A stretch of DNA of 64,000 bases from Candidatus Kapaibacterium sp. (GTDB taxonomy: Bacteria > Bacteroidota > Ignavibacteria > Kapaibacteriales > UBA2268): NCBI GenBank assembly GCA_963664875.1, contig OY761611.1, forward strand, positions 2,176,001 through 2,240,000, read 5' to 3'. The notes beneath the pieces are model-generated. The model was not told the origin of the DNA. It searched no databases and saw nothing but the letters and a program-made list of their open reading frames with translations. The position numbers and the translations under genes are program-made. Shown here piece by piece: positions 36,724 through 46,091 of the stretch. Numbering within the stretch: the first letter of the stretch is position 1; each line of letters opens with the position of its first letter.

Positions 36724-39021
36724 TTATCTTCTTCTTCTGCCACCTTGTGCAGCCCCGCCTCTAGAGTCAGGTTCGAAGTCAATCCTTACAGGAACTATTG
36801 TCTGGTTAGGATCAGCAGCAACACCGTTGATTGCGTTGACAGCAGTAGCTCTAAGTTGTACGTTTACAGTTCCACGAACTTTTTTCTCGCCGGCAGGCAA
36901 TTTACCTGACAATTCGAATTCCATTTCGTAAACTCCGTCACCTGTTTTGTCAACTGTAGGTTCTACAGCAACGCTATAGCCTGATAAGCCTTCAGCAATT
37001 TCAGTGTTTAATACGTTAACCTGAACATTTGCGTTAGTACCTTTTTTATCACCACTTGTAGGTGAAGTAACAGTTAGACCGGTAACGCGTACTTTAACTT
37101 TGCTTGAAGTACCGGAACATTCAGTAACAACATTAGTATTGATACTTGCTTCTTCCTGTTTCAAAGCAATTGTTTTCTGAGGATAAATATCAACCATTCT
37201 TCCTGTGTGCGGTTGTTCCCAAGCAACTCTGAATTTCACTTCCTTAGCATCAGGAGTATATTCAATGTTATCATTAAGAGTAACTGCCAATCCGGAAATA
37301 ACTGTTGGTTGAGATTGTGCGTCAGTAGAAACATAGATTTTGAACTCTTCAGGTTTAATAGCACCCTGAGAAGCAGGTTCTACGTTTACAATCATTTTCC
37401 AGCCATAGTAAGTCATGAAATCAAGCTTTTGAGCAACGTCTTTCATAGAGCCCGGAGTCAAGCCTGTTTTGTAAACATTAAGTGCAACATTTGTTTCAGC
37501 AGTTTTGTTTGAACCACTAATTGAATGAGTAAGCTTAATTGTGTATGATCCCTCAGGTAGTTTCTTATTCAAAGTACCTTGGTATCTACGTTCACCACCT
37601 TTTATAGGTTCAGCATTTCTGGAAGCCATATCGTTTACAGGAGCGTAATTAACAGAAGCAACCTGAGCACCGTTTTCATCAACTACATAACCAGAAACTC
37701 TATTGCCGTCGCCTTGATAAGGTGCTATACCAAACATAAACACAGGCTCTACAGCATCGAAGCAGCTAAGTTTGTTAGCAACATTGATAATAGGATCTGC
37801 CATAGGTGGTTTAGGTTTAATCACACGAATGTCAAATTCGATATAACCTTTGTTCTGGTCGAAGTGAACAGACATACCCGGAGCAATAAGTTTAGCTATA
37901 TATCCATAAAGCTTGATTTTAGATTGAATATCATTTGCTTCGCTTTCTGTAGATGCTTTATCGGCAGCAGCACGAAGACCTGCGTCAAATTTTTCTAAGT
38001 CAGCTTCTTTTGTAAGGATTTCAACATCCGGCAATTCATATTTTTCAAGTTCTGATTTCAAAGATTTATGCACTTTACGCAATTCCTTTACGCTAAGCTG
38101 AACTGTACCAATATTTACAGTCGCATCGTCATCCAACTCTTTGCCTTGATATTCACCACGAATACCAAGAATTTTGTTAGTTTTTGATGCAAATCTTAGT
38201 TTGTACCAGCCTTCTCTGTCAGGAGGTTGGAATTGAACTACGAAAGCACGTTTGTTTTTTTCTTTACCTTGCAATGAGTTTACACTCAAATCATGGTTGT
38301 AATAAAATACACTATCGGCACTCACATCTTTTGGTTGGAAAGTAGGGCCGACTTGAATTTCAGTTTCTTTAGGATAAACAGGTCTGAAATCATCAGGACT
38401 GATGTTAGACATATCAAGCTGATTGAAAGTAGCTTCATTGTCCATATCCAATTTTCTGAGAGACAAAAATTCCCACTGAGTGCCATCTGCAGCAGTAACT
38501 TTCTGACCTTCAGTAAAGTCATCGAAACCTGTGATTCCCTGAGCTAACAAATCTTTGTCAGAAGGGAATGATGGAGTAACACCCGGAGTGTTATCGGTAT
38601 TATAAAACACCTGATACTCTAACTCTTCAACGTTAGAAAGTTTTACCAAAGTTTTTATTCTTTGGAAATATTCTTTCTCGGATTCACCCTCTTTTCTTTT
38701 GACAGAAGCAGAAACGTCAGTAACACCAACCTCAACGATATATTTACGCCAAGATTTAATGTCTGTTCCTAATACCTCTTTGATATTAACTCCTGCTGGT
38801 GGGATGGTTATCTCATCCTGTGGGCGCGTGTTGATACCTTCGGTACCTGCACCTGATTGAAGCTGAGAAAGGATGGACTGCACGATACGCATAGTTTCTT
38901 TTTGCTTAAGGTGCAAACCTTCTTCTGCCTCATCACGCTCCACGATGATGATAAGCAATTCCAATACCACGGCTAAGTACAATACGAAATATACTTTACC
39001 TGCACCGCCTGATCTTAACAT
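36724..39021 (-). CDS. Single-TM-anchored periplasmic protein, possible divergent GldM/PorM-like protein
   Basis: GGAGG SD; MLRSGGAGK-VYFVLYLAVVLELLIIIV TM, helical stalk, then ~700 aa beta-rich region; GldM likeness is inference only. Confidence 0.5.
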   Translation of the reverse strand: MLRSGGAGKVYFVLYLAVVLELLIIIVERDEAEEGLHLKQKETMRIVQSILSQLQSGAGTEGINTRPQDEITIPPAGVNIKEVLGTDIKSWRKYIVEVGVTDVSASVKRKEGESEKEYFQRIKTLVKLSNVEELEYQVFYNTDNTPGVTPSFPSDKDLLAQGITGFDDFTEGQKVTAADGTQWEFLSLRKLDMDNEATFNQLDMSNISPDDFRPVYPKETEIQVGPTFQPKDVSADSVFYYNHDLSVNSLQGKEKNKRAFVVQFQPPDREGWYKLRFASKTNKILGIRGEYQGKELDDDATVNIGTVQLSVKELRKVHKSLKSELEKYELPDVEILTKEADLEKFDAGLRAAADKASTESEANDIQSKIKLYGYIAKLIAPGMSVHFDQNKGYIEFDIRVIKPKPPMADPIINVANKLSCFDAVEPVFMFGIAPYQGDGNRVSGYVVDENGAQVASVNYAPVNDMASRNAEPIKGGERRYQGTLNKKLPEGSYTIKLTHSISGSNKTAETNVALNVYKTGLTPGSMKDVAQKLDFMTYYGWKMIVNVEPASQGAIKPEEFKIYVSTDAQSQPTVISGLAVTLNDNIEYTPDAKEVKFRVAWEQPHTGRMVDIYPQKTIALKQEEASINTNVVTECSGTSSKVKVRVTGLTVTSPTSGDKKGTNANVQVNVLNTEIAEGLSGYSVAVEPTVDKTGDGVYEMEFELSGKLPAGEKKVRGTVNVQLRATAVNAINGVAADPNQTIVPVRIDFEPDSRGGAAQGGRRRR

Positions 39022-39557
39022 AACAAATTACCTCCACATGGTGCTTGTTTTATTAAACTAAAATTTTTTCTTCTGTCTTAGAAAATTGAGTGTAGCCTTT
39101 TTGCAACTTGATGTGTATCTAATATATAAAGTAACAATCATTGGCTCGACTGTTTACCAATACTTAACACGAAAATCTCAATTTTGGCAAAACGCCTTAC
39201 AAATTATCTTAAATATAGCATTTATACAAGCAATTTTTGTTAATAATCCAAAATAATAAAAAATTGCATATAATAAGACTATTTCTAATTACCATGCTTC
39301 AATAATTTTTTAATACAAATCAACAAATATGAAGCAAAGTACTCAGCAAGCCAATATACAACTATATTATTCGGAAAAAAATACTATTTTGCTTTAGCTA
39401 TAAATCTAAAGGACATTTGAGTTTTTTAAAAACGAGGTAGAAAAAATTTCATCGGCGTCCGTGGTTTGTTTTTTATATGGGTTATTCGTCAGAAGACTAA
39501 TTATAATAAAATACGCATTTTTCAAATTAAATCACAATTATTTTTTTAACAGTCTAT

Positions 39558-40388
39558 ATGCAAACTGCTATGAACATAGATTACAGCTATATTTTGCACA
39601 ATTTGAACAATACACTTCTTTTTGAAAAAAATCCTACATCTGCATTATCAGAATCTTTATTTTCTGATTTGTGTAAGATTCCTCACGTTGCTGCTATGAT
39701 AGATTGCCCTCAAGATCCTGAGTGGCATCCGGAAGGAGATGTATGGTCGCACACAATTCTTGTAGTCGAAAAATCAACAAAGTATCGTCATTTGTTCTCA
39801 ACAGAAGCAGAAAGATCAGCATTTATGCTTGGTGCATTCTTCCACGATATTGGCAAACCACTTACTACTATATATAAAGATGATAGATGGCGCTCCCCTT
39901 CGCATGATGTAAAAGGAGCAAAAATTTGCCGAGATTTACTTTTATCGGCTAATTTTCCTGAATACATAGCAAATAAAGCAGCATCATACACACTTGAGCA
40001 TCTGAAGCCAATAAATTTATATAAAAACAGAGACAAAGTTTCAAACTCAGCGATAAGAAGACTTGCTGCCAGAATAAACATCTCCGACTTGATACTCCTT
40101 GCCGAATCAGATCATTTCGGAAGAACTACGCAAGACGCAATAGATGAAGAATTTCCAGCGGGTGACTGGCTCTTAGCAAAATATAATAATATTCTCAAAT
40201 ATGACAACAAGCCTAAACCATTGCTAAAAGGAAGACTCCTTGCAGGATATGGTTTAAAACCGGGGAAAATAATGGGACAAATTCTAAGCGAAAGCATCAA
40301 AGCCCAAATAGACGGAGAAATCAATAACAAAGAGGAAGCAAGATTGTGGGCTAAAGAAAGGTTAAAACAACTAGGATATCTCAAATAA
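39558..40388 (+). CDS. Stand-alone HD phosphohydrolase related to the C-terminal half of multifunctional CCA enzymes
   Basis: CPQDPEWHPEGDVWSHT, FHDIGKP, SDHFGR and PLLKGRLL..G.KPG motifs; no nucleotidyltransferase head. Confidence 0.8.
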   Translation: MQTAMNIDYSYILHNLNNTLLFEKNPTSALSESLFSDLCKIPHVAAMIDCPQDPEWHPEGDVWSHTILVVEKSTKYRHLFSTEAERSAFMLGAFFHDIGKPLTTIYKDDRWRSPSHDVKGAKICRDLLLSANFPEYIANKAASYTLEHLKPINLYKNRDKVSNSAIRRLAARINISDLILLAESDHFGRTTQDAIDEEFPAGDWLLAKYNNILKYDNKPKPLLKGRLLAGYGLKPGKIMGQILSESIKAQIDGEINNKEEARLWAKERLKQLGYLK

Positions 40389-40498
40389 TTCGTAAAATAA
40401 AAGCAAGTAGTAATATTCCCTAAGGATGTAGAAGTTGTTTATTTTTTGCGTAATTTGTATTTTCTCAAATTTTGACTTTCCCAGATTAGGTTAGCTTA

Positions 40499-41839
40499 AT
40501 GAATCTTATAATAATTGGTGCCGGAAGTGTAGGTGTCAGGCTTGCTCAGCGTTTATCTTTCGACAAACATAATATAACAATAATAGAAAAAGCTCCTGCC
40601 AAAGTAAAATACGCACAGGAACATTTAGATGCAATGGTCATAGAAGGAAATGCAACTTCTATTGATATACTTAAAGCTGCAGATATTCAACATACTGATG
40701 TATTTGCTGCTATGACCACAAATGACGAAGTCAATCTAATCACTTGTAAGATTGCCAAAATGTTCGGAGTTCCTACGACAATTGCGAGGGTTAAAAATCC
40801 TGATTACGCAGCTGATTCGTTTATCATCCCCAAAGATGAGTTAGGTGCAGACTATATTATACACCCTGAAAAAGAAACAGCAGATGCTATCATCAGGCTT
40901 ATTAAACAGTCAAATGCAACTGATATAGTAGAGTTCGACGAAGGGAAAATTCAATTCCTCGGCATAAGATTGGATGCTGACTGCCCTGTGCTACGTACTC
41001 CATTGAAAGATTTGGGTAAAACTCACGGCAATCCTCCTTTACGAATTGTTGCTCTCAAAAGAAAACAATTTACAATAGTTCCCCGAGGTGAAGACAGATT
41101 GTTCGAAGGCGACCAAATTTTTATTATTTGTGCTCCGGACTTTATGTCTCAGGCTTTAGCTTATTTCGGAAAGACAAAAGCAATCATTGAAGATATAATG
41201 ATAATAGGTGGCGGGCAGGTAGGTAGATTCATTGCTAAAGCCTTGCAGTCAGAAATGAAAATAAAAATTATTGAAAAAAATCGCAAGAAAGCCGAAAAGT
41301 TAGCAGAAGACCTGAAAAAAACACTTGTAATAAATGGTGACGGTTCCGATTTGGATTTGCTTACTTTCGAAAATCTTAGCGATATGGATGAGTTTATAGC
41401 TGTCACAGGCGATGACGAAACAAATATTATCACAAGCCTTATAGCTCGGCATCTAAAAATCCCAAGAACAGTAACGCTTATCAAAAAGAATGAATATATG
41501 CCGCTTACTCCGACTATAGGTATGGATGCTGTGGTAAGCAAGCAGATGATAACTGTAAATGCCATACAAAAATTTATTAGGAGCCGTCAGGTAACTCAGT
41601 ATGCAGAGCTACCCGGCATGGATGCAGAAATTATTGAATTTGAAGCTAAAGACAAAGCTGCCATCTGCAAAAAACCACTTATGGAATTAAAATTCCCTCA
41701 GAATAGTCTGATTGCAGCGGTTCTAAAACAAGGCAAGTTCCTCGAAATACCTACGGGGCTTACTCAAGTGCAGCCAGGCGACCGAGTTGTCGTCTTTGCT
41801 TTGCCGGGTGCAGTAAAAAATGTAGAAAAGATGTTTTAA
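40499..41839 (+). CDS. trkA: Trk potassium uptake NAD-binding subunit
   Basis: Two RCK repeats with IIGAGSVG and IIGGGQVG Rossmann motifs. Confidence 0.95.
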   Translation: MNLIIIGAGSVGVRLAQRLSFDKHNITIIEKAPAKVKYAQEHLDAMVIEGNATSIDILKAADIQHTDVFAAMTTNDEVNLITCKIAKMFGVPTTIARVKNPDYAADSFIIPKDELGADYIIHPEKETADAIIRLIKQSNATDIVEFDEGKIQFLGIRLDADCPVLRTPLKDLGKTHGNPPLRIVALKRKQFTIVPRGEDRLFEGDQIFIICAPDFMSQALAYFGKTKAIIEDIMIIGGGQVGRFIAKALQSEMKIKIIEKNRKKAEKLAEDLKKTLVINGDGSDLDLLTFENLSDMDEFIAVTGDDETNIITSLIARHLKIPRTVTLIKKNEYMPLTPTIGMDAVVSKQMITVNAIQKFIRSRQVTQYAELPGMDAEIIEFEAKDKAAICKKPLMELKFPQNSLIAAVLKQGKFLEIPTGLTQVQPGDRVVVFALPGAVKNVEKMF

Positions 41840-41848
41840 GAAGGGACT

Positions 41849-43291
41849 ATGAGATATAAAATAATAATAAGGATTTTGGGCTTTATTACAATGTTTTTGG
41901 GAGCATCTATGCTCCTTTCTCTGCCTTTTTCGTTTTATTACGGCAGCAACGACATAATCCCTATTTCTTTAAGTGCAGCAATTACAATGGTAATCGGAGC
42001 ACTTGGTTTTTTCCTTTTTAAATCGAAGCAGGAAGTACGCCCCAAAGAAGGCTTTATGATAGTCGCTCTTGGGTGGATAGTTTTTTCTGCACTGGGTTCA
42101 TTGCCATATATGCTCGGAAACTATATTCCTCCTTTTACAGATGCTTTTTTTGAAACCATGTCCGGTTTTACAACAACCGGAGCTACTATATTAACCGATA
42201 TAGAAATCTTGCCGGAAGGCATACTTTTTTGGCGAAGTTTTACTCACTGGCTTGGCGGTATGGGAATTATCGTGCTTGGCATTGCAATATTGCCTTTGCT
42301 CGGCGTGGGCGGTATGCAGCTTTTTAAGGCAGAAGTACCCGGACCGATAGCAGACAAACTCACCCCTCGCGTTACAGAAACAGCCAAAATATTATGGATA
42401 GTTTATGTTCTGCTTACAGCAATAGAAACAGCACTTTTGATGATAGGCGGTATGAATTTACATCAGTCACTATGCCACACATTTGGCACGATGGCAACCG
42501 GAGGTTACTCTACCTTAAACAAAAGCGTTGGTGGTTTCGATTCCGCTTATATTGACTATGTGATAATTATCTTTATGATTTTGGCAGGTATGAATTTTTC
42601 TTTGCATTACCGTATGCTAAAAGGCAATGTCAAAGAGATGTTTATAAATCGCGAAAGTCAGTTTTACTTCGCAATCATAGGCTTTGCTACTTTAGTAATC
42701 GGAATAGATACATATATAAATAATTACTCTTCAATACTTGAAACTCTCAGATATACATTATTTCAAGTAGTCTCAATAATTACTACTACCGGCTTCGGAA
42801 CTGCTGATTATGAGCAATGGTCTATCAGCTCGCAGTTAGTATTGTTTCTGCTTATGTTTATAGGTGGCATGGCGGGTTCTACAGGTGGCGGTATGAAAGT
42901 AATGCGTATATACCTTTTATTCAAATTTGTGTATGCAGAAATAGTCCGATTGGTTCACCCGCAGGCAATAGTCCCTGTTAGGATGGGAAACATAACTGTC
43001 AATCGCGATGTAATGATGAATGTACTTGGCTTTTTTGTGTTATATATGCTGATAGCAGCATTTTCTTCGCTTTATTTATCATTCTATGAAATCGATATTG
43101 CGACTTCCATAGGAGCAGTTGCAGCGACTCTAAACAATATAGGTCCCGGTTTGGAGTTGGTAGGTCCTACTGATAATTATGCTTTTTTACCAAGTCCTGT
43201 TAAGTGGCATTTATCTTTTTTGATGCTATTGGGGAGATTGGAAGTATATACGGTAGTGATATTATTAGCACCTTCATTCTGGCAGAAATAA
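41849..43291 (+). CDS. trkH: Trk potassium uptake membrane subunit
   Basis: FETMSGFTTTGAT, WLGGMGII, TTTGF, GSTGGGMK, NNIGPG and MLLGRLE motifs. Confidence 0.96.
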   Translation: MRYKIIIRILGFITMFLGASMLLSLPFSFYYGSNDIIPISLSAAITMVIGALGFFLFKSKQEVRPKEGFMIVALGWIVFSALGSLPYMLGNYIPPFTDAFFETMSGFTTTGATILTDIEILPEGILFWRSFTHWLGGMGIIVLGIAILPLLGVGGMQLFKAEVPGPIADKLTPRVTETAKILWIVYVLLTAIETALLMIGGMNLHQSLCHTFGTMATGGYSTLNKSVGGFDSAYIDYVIIIFMILAGMNFSLHYRMLKGNVKEMFINRESQFYFAIIGFATLVIGIDTYINNYSSILETLRYTLFQVVSIITTTGFGTADYEQWSISSQLVLFLLMFIGGMAGSTGGGMKVMRIYLLFKFVYAEIVRLVHPQAIVPVRMGNITVNRDVMMNVLGFFVLYMLIAAFSSLYLSFYEIDIATSIGAVAATLNNIGPGLELVGPTDNYAFLPSPVKWHLSFLMLLGRLEVYTVVILLAPSFWQK

Positions 43292-43418
43292 TTTTGAAGA
43301 TGGTATTGTCTCCAATATTTGTATTGGGGTAAATAACATATAATACAAAGTGCACCATCAGAAGCAATTTTTTGTTTAAAATGGTGCACATTTAATTCCT
43401 TTCTCTTTGTAAAATATC

Positions 43419-44792
43419 TTAAGATATTCTTACAAACCTAACTCCGAACGCACCGTCTATACCATGGATATGAGGGAATGTCTGGAGCATGCCGTCTTTA
43501 CAGTATCTTTCCGGCAAATAGTTTTCTGCAGAGTCTAATTCGAAATTTGGAAATTTTTCGAGAAACCATTTTGCTATGTCTGTATTTTCTTCAGGCTCTA
43601 TCGTACAAGTTGAGTAAACAAGGGCTCCGCCTACTTTGACAAGTTCTGCTGCATTTTGTAAAATAGATTTTTGCAGATTGGCAATTTTTTTCAAATCATC
43701 TATATCTCTTGCCCATTTAATGTCGGGCTTTTTGGATATAATCCCAAATCCTGAGCAAGGAGCATCGCAAATTACTACATCTGCTTTTTCATCAGACTTG
43801 TATGTTTCAGCATCAGCTTCCATAGCTTCTATGATATCAAAGCCTAATCTTTCTTTTCCGTAATTGATAATTGCAAGTTTTGATTCATACTTATCAAAAG
43901 CAACAACCCTACCTTGATTTTGCATCATTTCCGCAATGTAAAAGGACTTCCCACCTGGAGCAGCACACAAATCATAGACCAAATCTCCTGATTTTGCATT
44001 TGTCAGCTTTGAAGCTAAAGTAGCACTTGGATCCTGAATAGATATTTTCCCTGTTTTGTATAAGTCAGTAGAAGTAATGTCAAATTTTGTATTATAGACA
44101 TAAATAGAGCAATCCATGTCAGGAATTTTTTCATACTCAAGTTCATGCACGTCAAATAATTGCAAAATATCTTCCACGTCAGCACGCATCATATTTACAC
44201 GCACGGAGACTGGAGGGTGTTCATTGCTTCTAATCAGTAACTTTTCTGTTTCTTCTTCGCCAAATCTTTCCATCCATCTCTTGACCATCCACTTTTGGTG
44301 CGAATGAAGTATTGCATAGTAATATGTTCGGTCATCTTCTATGTTAGGGTATCTGATATTGTGCAGATTGCGAGCTATGTTTCTAAGAACACCGTTTACA
44401 ATTGCAGCAGTTTTTTCGCCTTGGATTTGCTTGACAATTTCTACAGATTCGAATATTGCTGCCGGAATAGGAATTCTATCCATAAACATTATCTGATATA
44501 ATCCAACACGCATGGCATTTTTGACTATATTCAAACATTTTTGATACTCACCGTGATAAAAACCAATAAGCACCCAGTCGAGTTTAGCTTTCCATCTCAC
44601 GATACCATTGACAAGCTCAGTAAGCAAAGCTTTATCTCGGGGCTCTAAACCACCACTTTTTAGCTCATTATTCAAAAGTTTATCAATATATGCATCACTT
44701 CGTTCGTATCTATTTAAAATCTTCACTGCTTTATATCGTGGAGTTTTTTTGTAGCTACCGGGTGAAATATTTTGTTCGTTAGTTGTAACCAT
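43419..44792 (-). CDS. rsmB: 16S rRNA m5C967 methyltransferase (NusB-like domain + Sun)
   Basis: DLCAAPGGKS, DAPCSGFG, YSTCT and HGIDG motifs. Confidence 0.95.
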   Translation of the reverse strand: MVTTNEQNISPGSYKKTPRYKAVKILNRYERSDAYIDKLLNNELKSGGLEPRDKALLTELVNGIVRWKAKLDWVLIGFYHGEYQKCLNIVKNAMRVGLYQIMFMDRIPIPAAIFESVEIVKQIQGEKTAAIVNGVLRNIARNLHNIRYPNIEDDRTYYYAILHSHQKWMVKRWMERFGEEETEKLLIRSNEHPPVSVRVNMMRADVEDILQLFDVHELEYEKIPDMDCSIYVYNTKFDITSTDLYKTGKISIQDPSATLASKLTNAKSGDLVYDLCAAPGGKSFYIAEMMQNQGRVVAFDKYESKLAIINYGKERLGFDIIEAMEADAETYKSDEKADVVICDAPCSGFGIISKKPDIKWARDIDDLKKIANLQKSILQNAAELVKVGGALVYSTCTIEPEENTDIAKWFLEKFPNFELDSAENYLPERYCKDGMLQTFPHIHGIDGAFGVRFVRIS

Positions 44793-44901
44793 TTTAAGAC
44801 TAATTTGTATATTTATAATAATAGTGTCAAAAGTAAAAGAATTTGACTAAAGTTTTTAGTTTTGAGGTAAATTTAATAGTAAATACTTAACGGAAATAAT
44901 T

Positions 44902-45696
44902 ATGCGTTTATTGTCTATCGCTGTTGCTTTTTTATTCTTTTATAGTCTGCTTCCGGCTCAAACAAGAACTGATGTAGATTTTAAGCTCACACCTCTAACC
45001 CTAAAAGATGATCGCCCGCAACAAGATTACGGCTTTATTCTCGGATTGGGGCAGACCTTTCAAACAGGCGAGCAGTATGCTGCATGCCCGGAATGTCGAT
45101 TTAAAGGAGGAGCAGGATTTTCTTTTTCTTTGGGTATGCTATACGAGTGGGAAATATTCAGAGGTATCAGACTCGGGGCTCTTGGTGTCTATAATGATTT
45201 CAGTTTTCTTTCCAAATTTCAGGAAACGGAAATGCTACACGACCCTGAATCAGGAGCAGTACTCCCGTTTGAATTTTTCCATGAGGGACATTTCAAATTG
45301 AATTCTCTGATAGTTGCTCCATATACAAAATTTTACCCTTGGGATTTTGTTTTTTTCAGAATGGGATTGCCGATTTCGTATATTTTTTCAAATAATTTTA
45401 AACATGATAAAATCTTAGTTAGCCGCAGTATTAGCCAAAACGGAATAACTTATGCGGTCAAAGCAGAAGATACAACAGTAGAAGATGGTGAAATCATAGG
45501 TCTGAATCAAATTCAGATATTTTTATCTACTGCACTTGGCTTTGATTTTAGATTATCCAAAAACATCTACCTTTCTCCAATTTTTGAATATTACATACCA
45601 TTTACAGAATTGAGCTCGAATGGAGATGCCTCAAAAATAAACAACTGGAAAATCAACTTTGAACTCAGAGTCGCTTTAAAAGAGCGTAGCCGTTAG
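44902..45696 (+). CDS. Small outer-membrane beta-barrel (OmpA-TM/PorT-like)
   Basis: Signal peptide, alternating aromatic strands, CPEC in the first loop; resembles the N-domain of 58367-60301. Confidence 0.7.
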   Translation: MRLLSIAVAFLFFYSLLPAQTRTDVDFKLTPLTLKDDRPQQDYGFILGLGQTFQTGEQYAACPECRFKGGAGFSFSLGMLYEWEIFRGIRLGALGVYNDFSFLSKFQETEMLHDPESGAVLPFEFFHEGHFKLNSLIVAPYTKFYPWDFVFFRMGLPISYIFSNNFKHDKILVSRSISQNGITYAVKAEDTTVEDGEIIGLNQIQIFLSTALGFDFRLSKNIYLSPIFEYYIPFTELSSNGDASKINNWKINFELRVALKERSR

Positions 45697-45907
45697 CTAA
45701 TTGAACCAACAGAATAAAATACTTGCCTATTAAGGAGTTATTATCTAAATTAACCCTTAGGTAAGTGCATAATTTTACAGCCTTGCACTTTTGATATTAT
45801 GTTTTACATAAGTTATATTTTTACTATTTGTTTTTTTTAGTGAAAATATTTATGTAAATTATAGTAATTCGATACAAAATTGCTATATGTATATATTTAA
45901 ATTATTT

Positions 45908-46027
45908 TACAAGGGGTGCAGATAGGGAACTTGCTACACAATTCTTCCAATTAAAAATTCAAATTGACATTTTAGTCTTGAATGCCGGTCAGTTGGGCAA
46001 TTCCTTATACGCATATACCCTATTGTA
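45908..46027 (+). ncRNA. Candidate structured RNA (long imperfect rod) in leader of double-OmpA gene
   Basis: Nested helices UACAA/UUGUA, GGGGUG/UACCCU, AUAGGGAA/UUCCUUAU, UUGCU/GGCAA, CAAUU/AGUUG, AUUCAA/UUGAAU and GAC/GUC, with several G-U pairs. Confidence 0.45.
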
Positions 46028-46091
46028 GTTACATTGCTATTACTATAGAAAATGAACATATAATATTAAAAAACAAAATGGGTAGGAACTT

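Noticed and set aside
39082-39185. AAAATTGAG/CTCAATTTT inverted repeat in the leader of the GldM-like gene
   Set aside because: A 9-bp AT-rich match with weak interior pairing; not enough to call a structured RNA.
45912-45930. Cobalamin riboswitch (GGTGC...ATAGGGAA)
   Set aside because: The downstream conserved elements (CCCGCAACTGT, B12 box) are absent and the segment pairs into a simple rod instead.
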